Positions 7,925 through 17,599 of a stretch of 34,532 nucleotides of DNA are shown here, one piece after another. The translations under genes were made by a program, and so were the position numbers. The stretch comes from Chlorobiales bacterium (GTDB lineage: Bacteria; Bacteroidota; Chlorobiia; Chlorobiales; Chlorobiaceae). The notes beneath the pieces were generated by a model. It worked only from the letters and a program-made list of their open reading frames with translations, ran no database searches and was not told the DNA's origin. Each line of letters begins with the position of its first letter. Within the stretch, counting starts at the first letter, position 1. The stretch is from assembly GCA_022360415.1 (NCBI GenBank), contig JAKSDB010000421.1:1-34532 (forward strand), written 5' to 3'.

Positions 7925-9361
7925 ATGCCAAAACCGTATAGAACCCCGGGTGTTTATGTCGAAGAAATACCGAAGCTGCCGCCGTCGATCGCAGCTGTAG
8001 AAACCGCCATTCCTGCATTTATCGGCTACACCGATAAAGCCGAAGACAAGACCGAAGACGACCTCAGGCGTAAACCGACCAGGATCAGTTCAATGGTCGA
8101 ATACGAAAAATATTTCGGTACGGCACAGAAGGAAACCGCTATCAGCGTCTCTATCAATGAAACACAGGATGAAACAGGAATAACAACATCACGCAAGGCA
8201 ATTGCATCCCTTGCTGAAAGCGCTCGGTCGAAGCACATCATGTACTACGCTCTACAGATGTTTTTCTTCAATGGTGGAGGCCCCTGCTATATTGTTTCGG
8301 CAGGAGAATATAAAACCCTTGGAGGCAGCCTGGTGCTCAATGAGCTCAAAGCAGGGCTTAATGCACTCGAAAAGGTTGATGAACCTACCATTCTTGTTTT
8401 CCCGGAAGCACAGTTTCTTCAGATTGCCAACTTCAAGGCAGTTCATGAAGCAGCACTCGATCAATGTGCGGAGAGAAAAGACCGCTTCGTTGTCATGGAC
8501 GTCCACGGCAACACCCTTTCATTATCCGATCCTCTTACAAACCTGCTCACCGCTGTCGGCAATTTCAGGCAAAACGGTACTGGTACCAATAACCTGAAAT
8601 ATGGTGCCGCTTATGCACCCAACATAGAAACCATACTTGACTTTGCCGTCGATGAAGCAAGCATCGATGTCGTTCATACCATCAATGGGACAGCTGAAGA
8701 AGCTGTCAAGCTCAACACATTGGTGGAAACAAACAATGATATCTATGAGCTTGCCAAAGCAGCGATCAGGGACTTGCCCTGCAAACTTCCTCCAAGCTCT
8801 TCCATCGCCGGCATTTACGCGTCCGTTGACAACAGCAGGGGCGTCTGGAAGGCTCCTGCCAACCTGAGCATCAACGGCGTCATCAAGCCTGCTATCGAGT
8901 ATTCCAACATCGAGCAGGACCAGATGAATATTGATGCAAATGCAGGAAAATCCGTCAACGCCATACGTAGTTTCACCGGCAAGGGAACACTCGTCTGGGG
9001 AAGCAGAACTCTTGCCGGCAACGATAATGAATGGCGTTACGTCAATGTCCGGAGGTTATTCATTTTCGTTGAGGAATCTGTCAAAAAAGCAACGGAACAG
9101 TTTGTTTTCGAACCCAATGATGCCAACACCTGGGTACAGGTGCAGGCCATGATCGAGAACTTCCTCACGGTGCTGTGGCGACAGGGTGCCCTTCAGGGTA
9201 TCAAGCCCGAACATGCATTTTATGTTGCGGTCGGTCTCGGAAAAACAATGACGGCGGTTGACATTCTTGAAGGCCGCATGATCATCGAAATCGGCATGGC
9301 TGCTGTCAGGCCCGCCGAGTTCATCATTCTGAGATTTTCACACAAGATGGTGGAATCATAA
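7925..9361 (+). CDS. Contractile tail sheath protein (Afp2/3/4-like)
   Basis: TPGVYVEEI...VETAIPAFIGYT; RGVWKAPAN; WRYVNVRR; FVFEPNDANTW; RPAEFIILRF. Confidence 0.96.
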   Translation: MPKPYRTPGVYVEEIPKLPPSIAAVETAIPAFIGYTDKAEDKTEDDLRRKPTRISSMVEYEKYFGTAQKETAISVSINETQDETGITTSRKAIASLAESARSKHIMYYALQMFFFNGGGPCYIVSAGEYKTLGGSLVLNELKAGLNALEKVDEPTILVFPEAQFLQIANFKAVHEAALDQCAERKDRFVVMDVHGNTLSLSDPLTNLLTAVGNFRQNGTGTNNLKYGAAYAPNIETILDFAVDEASIDVVHTINGTAEEAVKLNTLVETNNDIYELAKAAIRDLPCKLPPSSSIAGIYASVDNSRGVWKAPANLSINGVIKPAIEYSNIEQDQMNIDANAGKSVNAIRSFTGKGTLVWGSRTLAGNDNEWRYVNVRRLFIFVEESVKKATEQFVFEPNDANTWVQVQAMIENFLTVLWRQGALQGIKPEHAFYVAVGLGKTMTAVDILEGRMIIEIGMAAVRPAEFIILRFSHKMVES

Positions 9362-9398
9362 CGGCATCGAACAATTAAACCTTAAACCATAAAAGCAT

Positions 9399-9836
9399 AT
9401 GGCACAGGAATATCCAATCCCGAGGTTTCATTTCCAGGTAGACTGGGGCGGCGCGAAAATGAGCTTTACAGAAGTCACCGGCCTGGTGATGGAACGTGAA
9501 AAAATAGAATACCGCCACAGCGACAGTAAGGACTTCAACAAAATCGGCATGCCGGGCCTGATCAAAAACAACAATATCACCCTTAAACGCGGCAAGTTTG
9601 AAAGTGATTTCGACTTCAACACCTGGCTTGAAGAGATAGCTAATGAACGGGTGGAAAACAGACGCGACGTTACAATTCGATTGCTCAACGAAAAACACTC
9701 ACCCGTTGCTGCATGGACCGCCGCAAGGTGTTTTCCTGTTAAAATCACGGCCCCGGATCTCAAATCGGACGCAAATGAGACCGCCGTGGAAAGCATCGAG
9801 CTGGCACATGAAGGCTTGAAACTGATGAAGGTTTAA
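9399..9836 (+). CDS. Tail tube protein (T4 gp19-like, Afp1)
   Basis: YPIPRFHFQVDW, FTEVTGL, IEYR, NITLKRG, AVESIELAHEGL. Confidence 0.95.
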   Translation: MAQEYPIPRFHFQVDWGGAKMSFTEVTGLVMEREKIEYRHSDSKDFNKIGMPGLIKNNNITLKRGKFESDFDFNTWLEEIANERVENRRDVTIRLLNEKHSPVAAWTAARCFPVKITAPDLKSDANETAVESIELAHEGLKLMKV

Positions 9837-9849
9837 CAATCTCTGTTGT

Positions 9850-10290
9850 ATGGTTGACTACTATCCGCCATGGGGATTTTTCTTCAAGGTTTCATTCAAC
9901 GACATAAGCTCTGACACCAATGACGTGCGGTTTCAGTCGGTATCCGGTTTGTCGGTGGAATATGACTACGAAAGTTACAAGGAAGGCGGAGAAAATCGTT
10001 TTGAACACAAGCTGCCGGTCAGGTCGAAATATAGCGATCTGGTGCTCAAGCGCGGCATGCTGACCAACTCCAAGGTGATCGAATGGTTTCTCGATGCCTT
10101 CAATAACCGGGTATTCTCGCCAGCCAACGTCACGGTAATCCTCATGAACGAGAAAAGCGAGCCGTTACGCACCTGGAATGTCGTCCATGCCATCCCGAAA
10201 AAATGGCAGGTCAGTGACTTTAACGCCGGTGAAAACGGGATTGTGATTGAAACCGTCGAGCTGACCTACCGGTATTTCACGATTCAGTAA
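9850..10290 (+). CDS. Tail tube protein 2 (T4 gp19-like, Afp5)
   Basis: YYPPWGFFFKV, FQSVSGL, EGGENRFEHKLP, LVLKRG, IVIETVELTY. Confidence 0.95.
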   Translation: MVDYYPPWGFFFKVSFNDISSDTNDVRFQSVSGLSVEYDYESYKEGGENRFEHKLPVRSKYSDLVLKRGMLTNSKVIEWFLDAFNNRVFSPANVTVILMNEKSEPLRTWNVVHAIPKKWQVSDFNAGENGIVIETVELTYRYFTIQ

Positions 10291-10302
10291 AAAGGGGAAA
10301 AG

Positions 10303-10494
10303 ATGCCTATCGAGATCAGGGAACTGCATATAAAGGTCACCGTCAATGAACAGGCACAGGGCCCTGAAAACGCGCGGCTAACAGCAGCACAAACCGACTC
10401 TCGGGAGAGCCGATCTTCTGCTCGAAAAGAGGAGATCGTTGCAGAATGTGTGGAAAAAGTACTTGAAATCATGCGGAACAAATCGGAGCGGTAA
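10303..10494 (+). CDS. Small eCIS protein, DUF5908 / Afp6-like
   Basis: MPIEIRELHIKVTV...IVAECVEKVLEIM; typical position between the tube and LysM genes; stop overlaps the next start. Confidence 0.85.
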   Translation: MPIEIRELHIKVTVNEQAQGPENARLTAAQTDSRESRSSARKEEIVAECVEKVLEIMRNKSER

Positions 10495-11204
10495 TGGCAG
10501 AAAGCGGAAAGCTTGAAAAAATGCTGATTCTGGCATTTTCCGATTCGACAACAGCCGAAACAGGCGGCAAGAACGAAGCGGACGAGTACGTTGAAGCCCT
10601 GATCAATCCCGAGAACTATACCCAGAGCTACAAGCTCAAATTCTCGCAATCGGGACAGGGGCAGGGTACAAGCGGTCAACAGTTAAAATACGAGTATTCC
10701 GAGCCCGAAGAGATGAGCTTTGAGTTCCTTTTTGATAATACCGGCATCATCGACGGCAATCCGCGCGATTCGGTCACCGAAGACCTGCAGAAGTTTCGCA
10801 AGGTACTTACCGAGTATAAGGGAGATGCTCATGAACCAAGGCATTTCAAGCTTGTCTGGGGCGAAAACTCCATTTTCAAGGGCAGGGTTACCGAGCTTGA
10901 GATCACCCACAAGCTGTTTAAGCCTGACGGCACCCCCCTTCGCGCAACGGCCAAGGTTACTTTCAAGAGCAGCATCGAAGAGGAAAAACGTGCCGCCTCC
11001 GAGGATCGTCAGTCGGCCGACCTGACCCACATCCGAAGAGTCAAGGCCGGAGATACCCTGCCACTGATGTGTTTCAGAATTTACGGCGATTCCAGACACT
11101 ATCTCGATGTTGCCGCGACCAACGGACTGAACAATTTCCGCTCGCTGACACCGGGCATGGAGATCAGATTTCCGCCCATCGATAAAACAGGCAAGATATC
11201 GTGA
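10494..11204 (+). CDS. CIS tube-initiator / LysM-domain protein (Afp7-like)
   Basis: LINPENY, LFDNTGII, LFKPDGTPLRA; C-terminal LysM-like VKAGDTLPLMCFRIYGD...VAATNGL...LTPG. Confidence 0.9.
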   Translation: MAESGKLEKMLILAFSDSTTAETGGKNEADEYVEALINPENYTQSYKLKFSQSGQGQGTSGQQLKYEYSEPEEMSFEFLFDNTGIIDGNPRDSVTEDLQKFRKVLTEYKGDAHEPRHFKLVWGENSIFKGRVTELEITHKLFKPDGTPLRATAKVTFKSSIEEEKRAASEDRQSADLTHIRRVKAGDTLPLMCFRIYGDSRHYLDVAATNGLNNFRSLTPGMEIRFPPIDKTGKIS

Positions 11205-12967
11205 GTTCCGAGAACACCATACCGACTCCTGCCACACCGGATGTCTGCACCATTGCGGTGCTTATCGAGGGTAACGAAATTCCTGGCAGATTCCAGCTTT
11301 TGGCCCTTTCGGTATCGCACGAACTGAACCGGATACCATCGGCCATGGTGCAGCTGCTGGATGGTGAGGCATCAACTGCTACATTCGAGGCAAGCGATGA
11401 TGAACTGTTCGTGCCGGGCAAGTCGATAGAGATTCAGCTCGGCTACCGCGGCCAGAACGATTCGGTCTTCAAGGGACTGGTGATCAAGCAAAGTATCAAA
11501 ATCCGTAAAAACGGAAGCTTCCTGTCGGTCGAGTGCCGTGGAAAAGCGGTCAAAATGACAAGAGGCATTAAAAACCGTTACTTCGAGGCAGGCAAAGAGA
11601 GCGATGTCATGGAGGAGATCATCGACTCGTATGGCCTCGATGCCGAAGTGACCCCGATTGCATCCGAGCCCGACTCTGTGGTGCAGTACGAATCAACAGA
11701 CTGGGATTTTCTTGTCTGTCGAGCCGAAGCCAGCGGCATGATGGTCATGGCATCAAATGACAGCATCGTTGTTGCTCCGCCCGACACATCTGCCTCGCCG
11801 GCAGTAACGGTGCGTTTCGGGGCCACCGTGCTGGAAATTGATGCGGAGATGGATGCACGGTTGCAGGACAGCGGTATCACGGCTGTTTCATGGAGTCCGG
11901 CCGATCAGGAGATTTTGGAAACCGAGGCAAGCGAACCCTCGACAACCGGTAACGGTAATCTGACAGCCGATGAGCTTGCCGAGGTACTCGGAGGCGAAGC
12001 ATCCGTGATCCGTCACGGTGGCAATGTAAGCCAACCCGAACTGAAATCCTGGGCGGATGCACTCCTGATGAAAGAGCGACTGGCCAAAGTACGCGGACGA
12101 GTACGTTTCCAGGGCCTGGCCGCCATCCAGCCTGGCCAGATCATCGAAGTAGCCGGCATCGGCGCCCGATTTGAAGGTAATCTCTATGTTTCTGGCGTTC
12201 GCCATACGGTCAGTGGCGGCAACTGGGAGACCGATGTTCAATTCGGCCTTGATCCCGAGATTTTTCCGGAAACCTACAATCTCCGTCCGTTACCCGCCTC
12301 GGGGCTATTGCCGGGTGTCGGGGGATTGCAGATGGGTGTGGTTACGGTTCTGGAGGGCGATCCGGGCGGCATGGAGCGTATCAAGATTCGGTTGCCGATG
12401 ATCAGCGAAGCGGACGAAGGCATATGGGCGCGTTTGGCCACGCTTGATGCCGGCCGGGAACGCGGCACTTTTTTCCGGCCGGAAATCGGCGACGAGGTGG
12501 TGGTAGGATTCATCGGTGACGATCCCCGTCATCCGGTGGTGCTCGGCATGTGCCATAGCGGAGCCAAACCTGCACCGGAACCGGCCTCTGACGACAACCA
12601 TCGCAAGGGATATATGAGCCGTGAGAAAATGAAGCTTACTTTTGACGATGACAAGAAGATCATTCACCTCGAAACTCCCGGCGGCAACAAGCTTTCGCTC
12701 ACCGATGAAGACAATGGTATTGTGATCGAGGATATGAACGGCAACAGGATGACTCTCGACGACAACGGCATTACCATTGAAAGCGCAAGCGACATCCTGC
12801 TGAAAGCGACAGGAGATCTCAAGGCGGAAGGGGTCAATCTCAACCTCGAAGCACAGAGCGGTTTCAAGGCCGAAGGATCGGCGACAGCGGAAATTTCGGG
12901 GGCCAGTACCGAAGTCAAGGGAAGCGGAACAACGAAAGTCAGCGGAGGAATGGTACAGATTAACTGA
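11201..12967 (+). CDS. vgrG: VgrG-like central spike (Afp8)
   Basis: HELNRIPSA, VQYESTDWDFLVCRAE, WARLATLDAG...FFRPEIGDEVVVGF..DPRHPVVLG (gp5 OB-fold), beta-repeat C-terminus ending VQIN; GTG start. Confidence 0.93.
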   Translation: MSSENTIPTPATPDVCTIAVLIEGNEIPGRFQLLALSVSHELNRIPSAMVQLLDGEASTATFEASDDELFVPGKSIEIQLGYRGQNDSVFKGLVIKQSIKIRKNGSFLSVECRGKAVKMTRGIKNRYFEAGKESDVMEEIIDSYGLDAEVTPIASEPDSVVQYESTDWDFLVCRAEASGMMVMASNDSIVVAPPDTSASPAVTVRFGATVLEIDAEMDARLQDSGITAVSWSPADQEILETEASEPSTTGNGNLTADELAEVLGGEASVIRHGGNVSQPELKSWADALLMKERLAKVRGRVRFQGLAAIQPGQIIEVAGIGARFEGNLYVSGVRHTVSGGNWETDVQFGLDPEIFPETYNLRPLPASGLLPGVGGLQMGVVTVLEGDPGGMERIKIRLPMISEADEGIWARLATLDAGRERGTFFRPEIGDEVVVGFIGDDPRHPVVLGMCHSGAKPAPEPASDDNHRKGYMSREKMKLTFDDDKKIIHLETPGGNKLSLTDEDNGIVIEDMNGNRMTLDDNGITIESASDILLKATGDLKAEGVNLNLEAQSGFKAEGSATAEISGASTEVKGSGTTKVSGGMVQIN

Positions 12968-12981
12968 AGCTGGAGAAACTT

Positions 12982-13251
12982 ATGTCATTTGCAGCCCGCG
13001 TAGGCGACATGATCGTCAGCACGGCTACCCAGGGCGCGCCGCTGCCCATCATTCCACCCGGAGCACCGACTGTGCTCATTGGAGGTATGCCCGCGGCAAG
13101 AATGGGTGACTCATGTGGAGCCGATGCCGTTGTGATGGGTTCGGCCACCGTGTTTATAGGCGGCATGCCTGCAGCAAGAATCGGCGATCCCACTGCAGGT
13201 GGAGGAACGATCATCCCGCCGGGCGCAACAACGGTCATGATCGGAGGGTAG
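12982..13251 (+). CDS. PAAR-domain spike tip protein (Afp10-like)
   Basis: Three AARxGD repeats and TVxIGG motifs; directly follows vgrG. Confidence 0.92.
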   Translation: MSFAARVGDMIVSTATQGAPLPIIPPGAPTVLIGGMPAARMGDSCGADAVVMGSATVFIGGMPAARIGDPTAGGGTIIPPGATTVMIGG

Positions 13252-13305
13252 GTGACATCAATGAAACCGGTGATCGTATCAGGAAAACAATAGAGCAATA
13301 ATAGC

Positions 13306-13749
13306 ATGCATTATCCATTTCTCGGTCGGGGCTGGTCTTTTCCTCCTGCTTTCGACCGAAACATTCCAGGCGTCGAGATGCTTGAGGACGAAAAGGACAT
13401 TGCCTCAAGCCTTGAAATATTACTCAGTACTCTGCCGGGGGAACGGGTGATGCTTCCCCAATATGGCTGCAACCTCGATGAGCTTCTTTTTGAAAGCCTG
13501 GATACCCGTATGAAAACCCTTATGGCCGACAAGGTGGAGTCAGCGATTCTTTACCACGAACCACGTATTGAGCTGGAAAAGGTTGTTCTCGACGACAGCG
13601 CCGGTCTGGAAGGTATCGTGCTGATACGTATCGAATACCGGGTCAAGACCACGAATTCACGTTTCAATCTGGTTTTCCCATACTATAAGCTGGAAGGTAC
13701 TGACGTTAACCTTCCGGTAACCCTGAACCTCATAGCAGATAACGACTGA
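13306..13749 (+). CDS. GPW/gp25-family baseplate protein (Afp9)
   Basis: FLGRGWSFPP, ILLSTLPGERVMLPQYGC, HEPRI, TNSRFNLVFPYY. Confidence 0.95.
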   Translation: MHYPFLGRGWSFPPAFDRNIPGVEMLEDEKDIASSLEILLSTLPGERVMLPQYGCNLDELLFESLDTRMKTLMADKVESAILYHEPRIELEKVVLDDSAGLEGIVLIRIEYRVKTTNSRFNLVFPYYKLEGTDVNLPVTLNLIADND

Positions 13750-13752
13750 TAT

Positions 13753-16700
13753 ATGCCCACGGATACAGCATGCCTGCAAAAAGGCGAAAACATACTTGTC
13801 ACGGATGGTACAAGCCAGGCTCAACGCTATTTACCTGCGCTGAAGCCGTCCTATGCCCCTGTCGATGAGCACGGCATCAGCGATTACATCGTCTTTGCAA
13901 GGGCGTATTCGGCCTTTCTCAGGTATTACGATTCGAACAATGCCGTTGCGGATGACTGGGAAAACTTCTTCGGTTCGGATGTTTCGGTCCTGCTCGCAGA
14001 AACGACCATCCAGAATATCGATTATTACAGGCTCGAGGTAACGTCGTATTTCGATGTACTGAAAGACAATGCATCGAGTGATGAAGATCTGAAAGACAAT
14101 CTTGGCTACCTTTTTAGTGCCGCCGGAACATTTTTCAGACAGATTGACCTCCTCAAAGAACGTCTTCCCGATTCACAGGCACTTAAAGCAACGCTGCAAA
14201 ACCTTATTCAGCGTCAGCTTGCCTCTGTCTTCAGAAGACTGATTGCTTATTACAAGGCTGGAAAGAACAATGATTTGATTCCGGACAATGTCGCTCCGGA
14301 GCTGAAAATTCTTGAGAGTGTCTGTAAACCGTTCGAAGAATCTTATCAGCATAACTTTTCAGGAGAGTGGTTTACAGAAGATGCTGCAAACTGGGACACC
14401 TATACGAGCAATATCCCTGAGGACGCGACAGTTTATGGCAACGATAACGGAGTGTTTGAACGGATCAACCATATCGCAACGCACAACCTTTTCACAACCG
14501 CGTTCGACCTTGTACTGAAGGCTTATTCCCGCATTGTCTCGGACGCCGCAACTGCCCTTAAGGATAGTCTTTCAAGCAACAACGCCCATCAACCGCATTA
14601 CACGCTGTTCCTGTCATTCCTGCAACTCATGGAGTATGTGCGTCAACACATGAACACACTGACAGGCAAGCATCTTGACTTTTATTACCGGGAAGTGCTG
14701 CGAATGAAAAAAAAGCGCGCAGAGCCCAACCACGCGCACCTGCTCATTCAGCTGGCAAAAAAGATGAAAAGCCATGAACTGAAATCGGGAACGGCTTTCA
14801 GCGGCGGAAAGGACAGCCTTGGCAAGGAGGTGACCTATACGCTCGACAAGGATTTTGTGCCCAACATTGCTACAGTCAGCGCTATCAAATCGGTTTGCCG
14901 GACCAAATCCCTGATTTATGCATTTCCTGTCGCCAATTCGGATAACGGACGGGGAGCGGAACTGACATCGACCGACCAACAATGGCCGCTTTTTACCGGC
15001 AAAAATGAAAAGGCTAATCTTGCGATCATGGGATTCGCCATTTCATCACACTATCTTTTTCTCGGCGAAGGCCAGCGCAGAATCACACTGAGACTCGCCT
15101 TCACCGAACAGAAGGTTTCACAGGATGAAATTTGCAAGGCGTTCGATTTTCTGCTGACAGGCAAGGAGAAGTGGATTGCGGCAAACGTGCAGATAGCCAC
15201 GCCTTCTACAGACAAAGAAACGGTTCTGGAAATTCCGTTACTGCTCGATGGCAGCCAACCGCCGATCGTTGCGCTTGACAGGAAAGTGCATGGAGAGACG
15301 CTTCCCAAAGGTTTACCGGCGCTCAAGGCGGTTCTTAAACAACATGACACCGCTCCGGAAACGCTCGAAGCGTTGCGTTCGCTGAAACTTGTGCCCAGTC
15401 AATCCAGCCTTACGGTTGCTGTCGGTTATGATGACTTTACTTCCGACAGCCCGAACGAAATGGGTCTGAAGAATCTGAGTCTCTTTTCGAAATTAGGCCA
15501 GGTCAAACCGGACAAGCCGTTTCAGCCATTCGGCCCGTTACCGGAAAAAAATGATTACCTGATTATCGGCTGCGACGAATTGTTTCAGAAACAGGGCGCA
15601 AAGTTCCAGTGTCGCGTGGTCTGGAAAGGATTGCCGGATTCCGGTGAAGACATCGACTTTGATTCTTCGAACGACTCTGCGCCGGATTTCAGCCTGACAT
15701 TTCTAAAAAACGGTGCCTGGAGTTCAGAACCGGATATCAAAAACGTGCAGCTCTTTTCCGGGACCCGTTCCGATATATATTTTCCCGAGTCGACAGCATC
15801 GCTGCCTGAGGATGCAATATCTGAAATTCATTTCGATCCGCTCCCCTACACCATTGAGAGCCGGAACGGTTTCATGAAACTGACGCTTCTCGGCGACTTT
15901 GGCCACACTCTCTACCGCTTGACGCTTTCAAGGTATATGATCAAAGAGGCAAAGGGCGATATCGATCCACAGAAGGACAGGGCAACGACTGTCAGCAAAG
16001 CCCGAGAAAAGGTGTTTACCCTGGGCCCTTCGGGCAAACTGGAGGTGAATAACCCGTACACGTTTATCCCCGATTACGTCGAGGCATTTTCCGATACAAT
16101 GCCCGTTGAACCTTACACCCCCCAGATCGAATCGCTGTCACTAAGCTATTGGGCGTCAGTGAATCTGAACGACACGAGCTTCAGCTGGCTGATGCCTTTC
16201 GGCTACAAGTCGCTCGATACTGACAATCAGGTAAGACTCCTCCCGGAGTTCGATTATAAGGGCGAGGTGTATATCGGTATTGAAAAACTCGAACCTGGAC
16301 AAAACCTCTCGCTCCTGTTCCAGTTAGCGGAAGGCAGCGCCGACCCTACGGTTAAAAAACCGGAAAAACATGTTCAGTGGAGCTACCTTTCCAGCAAGAC
16401 AGGTCAACCCTGGGCGAATTTCAACGACACCGGCCTGAGCGACCGGACCGGCCAACTGACACGTTCCGGTATCATTCGTTACACGATTCCAAAAGATGCA
16501 ACGAAAACAGATACGCAATTTCTTCCAGCCGGTTACTACTGGGTCAGGGCGGTAGTAAAGGAATATCCCCTTGCTGTCTGCAATGCCATTGCTGTCGTAG
16601 CCCAGGCAGAGAAAGTTACACTCAAAGATCAAAATAATGCTGACGACTTCCTTGCCTCGCAATTACCGAAGAAAACGATCAAGAAACTTGTCGTACCAAA

Positions 16701-17454
16701 TGCTGCGGTCAAGAATGTAAGCCAGCCTTACCCGACCTTCGGCGGCCGCCCAACGGAGAGTGCCGAAACCTTCTCTATGCGGGTCAGCGAGCGGTTGAGA
16801 CACAAAAACAGGGCTGTCACGTTGTGGGATTACGAGCGACTGGTACTGGAAGCCTTTCCACAAATCTACAAGGTTAAATGCCTGAACCATACCTGCTATA
16901 AACCCGGTAACCGGAAGGCTTCCGTTTACCGGGAATCAGCGCCGGGACATGTCACGATCATTACGATCCCCAAGCTGCATAACCATAATGCCATCGATCC
17001 GCTCAGGCCCTACACCAATCTGGGCGATCTCGAACTGATCTGTAACTATCTGGAACAACAAGTATCCGGTTTTGTCAGGCTCCATGTCGCTAATCCGGTT
17101 TTTGAAAGTATTCGCGTGTCTTTCAAGGTGAAGTTCTATCCCGACACCGATAGCAGTAACGCTATGCTAACTCTGCAGAATTCATTGGTGAATTTCCTTT
17201 CTCCCTGGGCTTTCAACGAGGGAAAGGATATTTCTTTTGGCGGCAGGATATACAAATCGTCGCTTATTGATTTCGTCGAAGAACAGCCAGGCGTTGATTA
17301 TGTAATTGATTTCAAGCTGTATCACCAGCTCAGTGACGGAACAGAAAGTAATGATACCGATGTGGTTTCGGCCTCGAAAGCCATATCGATTCTCGTATCG
17401 GCCAAAGCTTCAGATCATACGATCGAACTGGTTGATGATGAGGTTGATGAATAA
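13753..17454 (+). CDS. Baseplate J / gp6-like wedge protein (Afp11)
   Basis: DGTSQAQR, PHYTLFLSFLQL, HLDFYYREVL, FQPFGPLP, RVSERLRHKNRAVTLWDYERLVLEAFP, FLSPWAF. Confidence 0.93.
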   Translation: MPTDTACLQKGENILVTDGTSQAQRYLPALKPSYAPVDEHGISDYIVFARAYSAFLRYYDSNNAVADDWENFFGSDVSVLLAETTIQNIDYYRLEVTSYFDVLKDNASSDEDLKDNLGYLFSAAGTFFRQIDLLKERLPDSQALKATLQNLIQRQLASVFRRLIAYYKAGKNNDLIPDNVAPELKILESVCKPFEESYQHNFSGEWFTEDAANWDTYTSNIPEDATVYGNDNGVFERINHIATHNLFTTAFDLVLKAYSRIVSDAATALKDSLSSNNAHQPHYTLFLSFLQLMEYVRQHMNTLTGKHLDFYYREVLRMKKKRAEPNHAHLLIQLAKKMKSHELKSGTAFSGGKDSLGKEVTYTLDKDFVPNIATVSAIKSVCRTKSLIYAFPVANSDNGRGAELTSTDQQWPLFTGKNEKANLAIMGFAISSHYLFLGEGQRRITLRLAFTEQKVSQDEICKAFDFLLTGKEKWIAANVQIATPSTDKETVLEIPLLLDGSQPPIVALDRKVHGETLPKGLPALKAVLKQHDTAPETLEALRSLKLVPSQSSLTVAVGYDDFTSDSPNEMGLKNLSLFSKLGQVKPDKPFQPFGPLPEKNDYLIIGCDELFQKQGAKFQCRVVWKGLPDSGEDIDFDSSNDSAPDFSLTFLKNGAWSSEPDIKNVQLFSGTRSDIYFPESTASLPEDAISEIHFDPLPYTIESRNGFMKLTLLGDFGHTLYRLTLSRYMIKEAKGDIDPQKDRATTVSKAREKVFTLGPSGKLEVNNPYTFIPDYVEAFSDTMPVEPYTPQIESLSLSYWASVNLNDTSFSWLMPFGYKSLDTDNQVRLLPEFDYKGEVYIGIEKLEPGQNLSLLFQLAEGSADPTVKKPEKHVQWSYLSSKTGQPWANFNDTGLSDRTGQLTRSGIIRYTIPKDATKTDTQFLPAGYYWVRAVVKEYPLAVCNAIAVVAQAEKVTLKDQNNADDFLASQLPKKTIKKLVVPNAAVKNVSQPYPTFGGRPTESAETFSMRVSERLRHKNRAVTLWDYERLVLEAFPQIYKVKCLNHTCYKPGNRKASVYRESAPGHVTIITIPKLHNHNAIDPLRPYTNLGDLELICNYLEQQVSGFVRLHVANPVFESIRVSFKVKFYPDTDSSNAMLTLQNSLVNFLSPWAFNEGKDISFGGRIYKSSLIDFVEEQPGVDYVIDFKLYHQLSDGTESNDTDVVSASKAISILVSAKASDHTIELVDDEVDE

Positions 17455-17562
17455 GGGCATCTCTAAAAAGTTGCAAGGCGGATGGAGCGCAAAAACCCCT
17501 TCCTATCCACCCAACGCAGCAATCGAGATGCGCAATAAGTTTTTAGAAAATAGTACGATCCC
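17455..17562. mobile_element. Degenerate MITE-like element related to 2187-2328
   Basis: Left end GGGCATCTCTAAAAAGTT matches the left end of the first element at 14/18. TCTAAAAA (17462-17469) pairs with TTTTTAGA (17540-17547). Right end is broken (…TTTTTAGA-aaatagtac-GATCCC). Begins immediately after a TAA stop. Confidence 0.4.
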
Positions 17563-17599
17563 TGAAGGCTGAGCGGGTAGCAAACAATTGTATCTGAAC

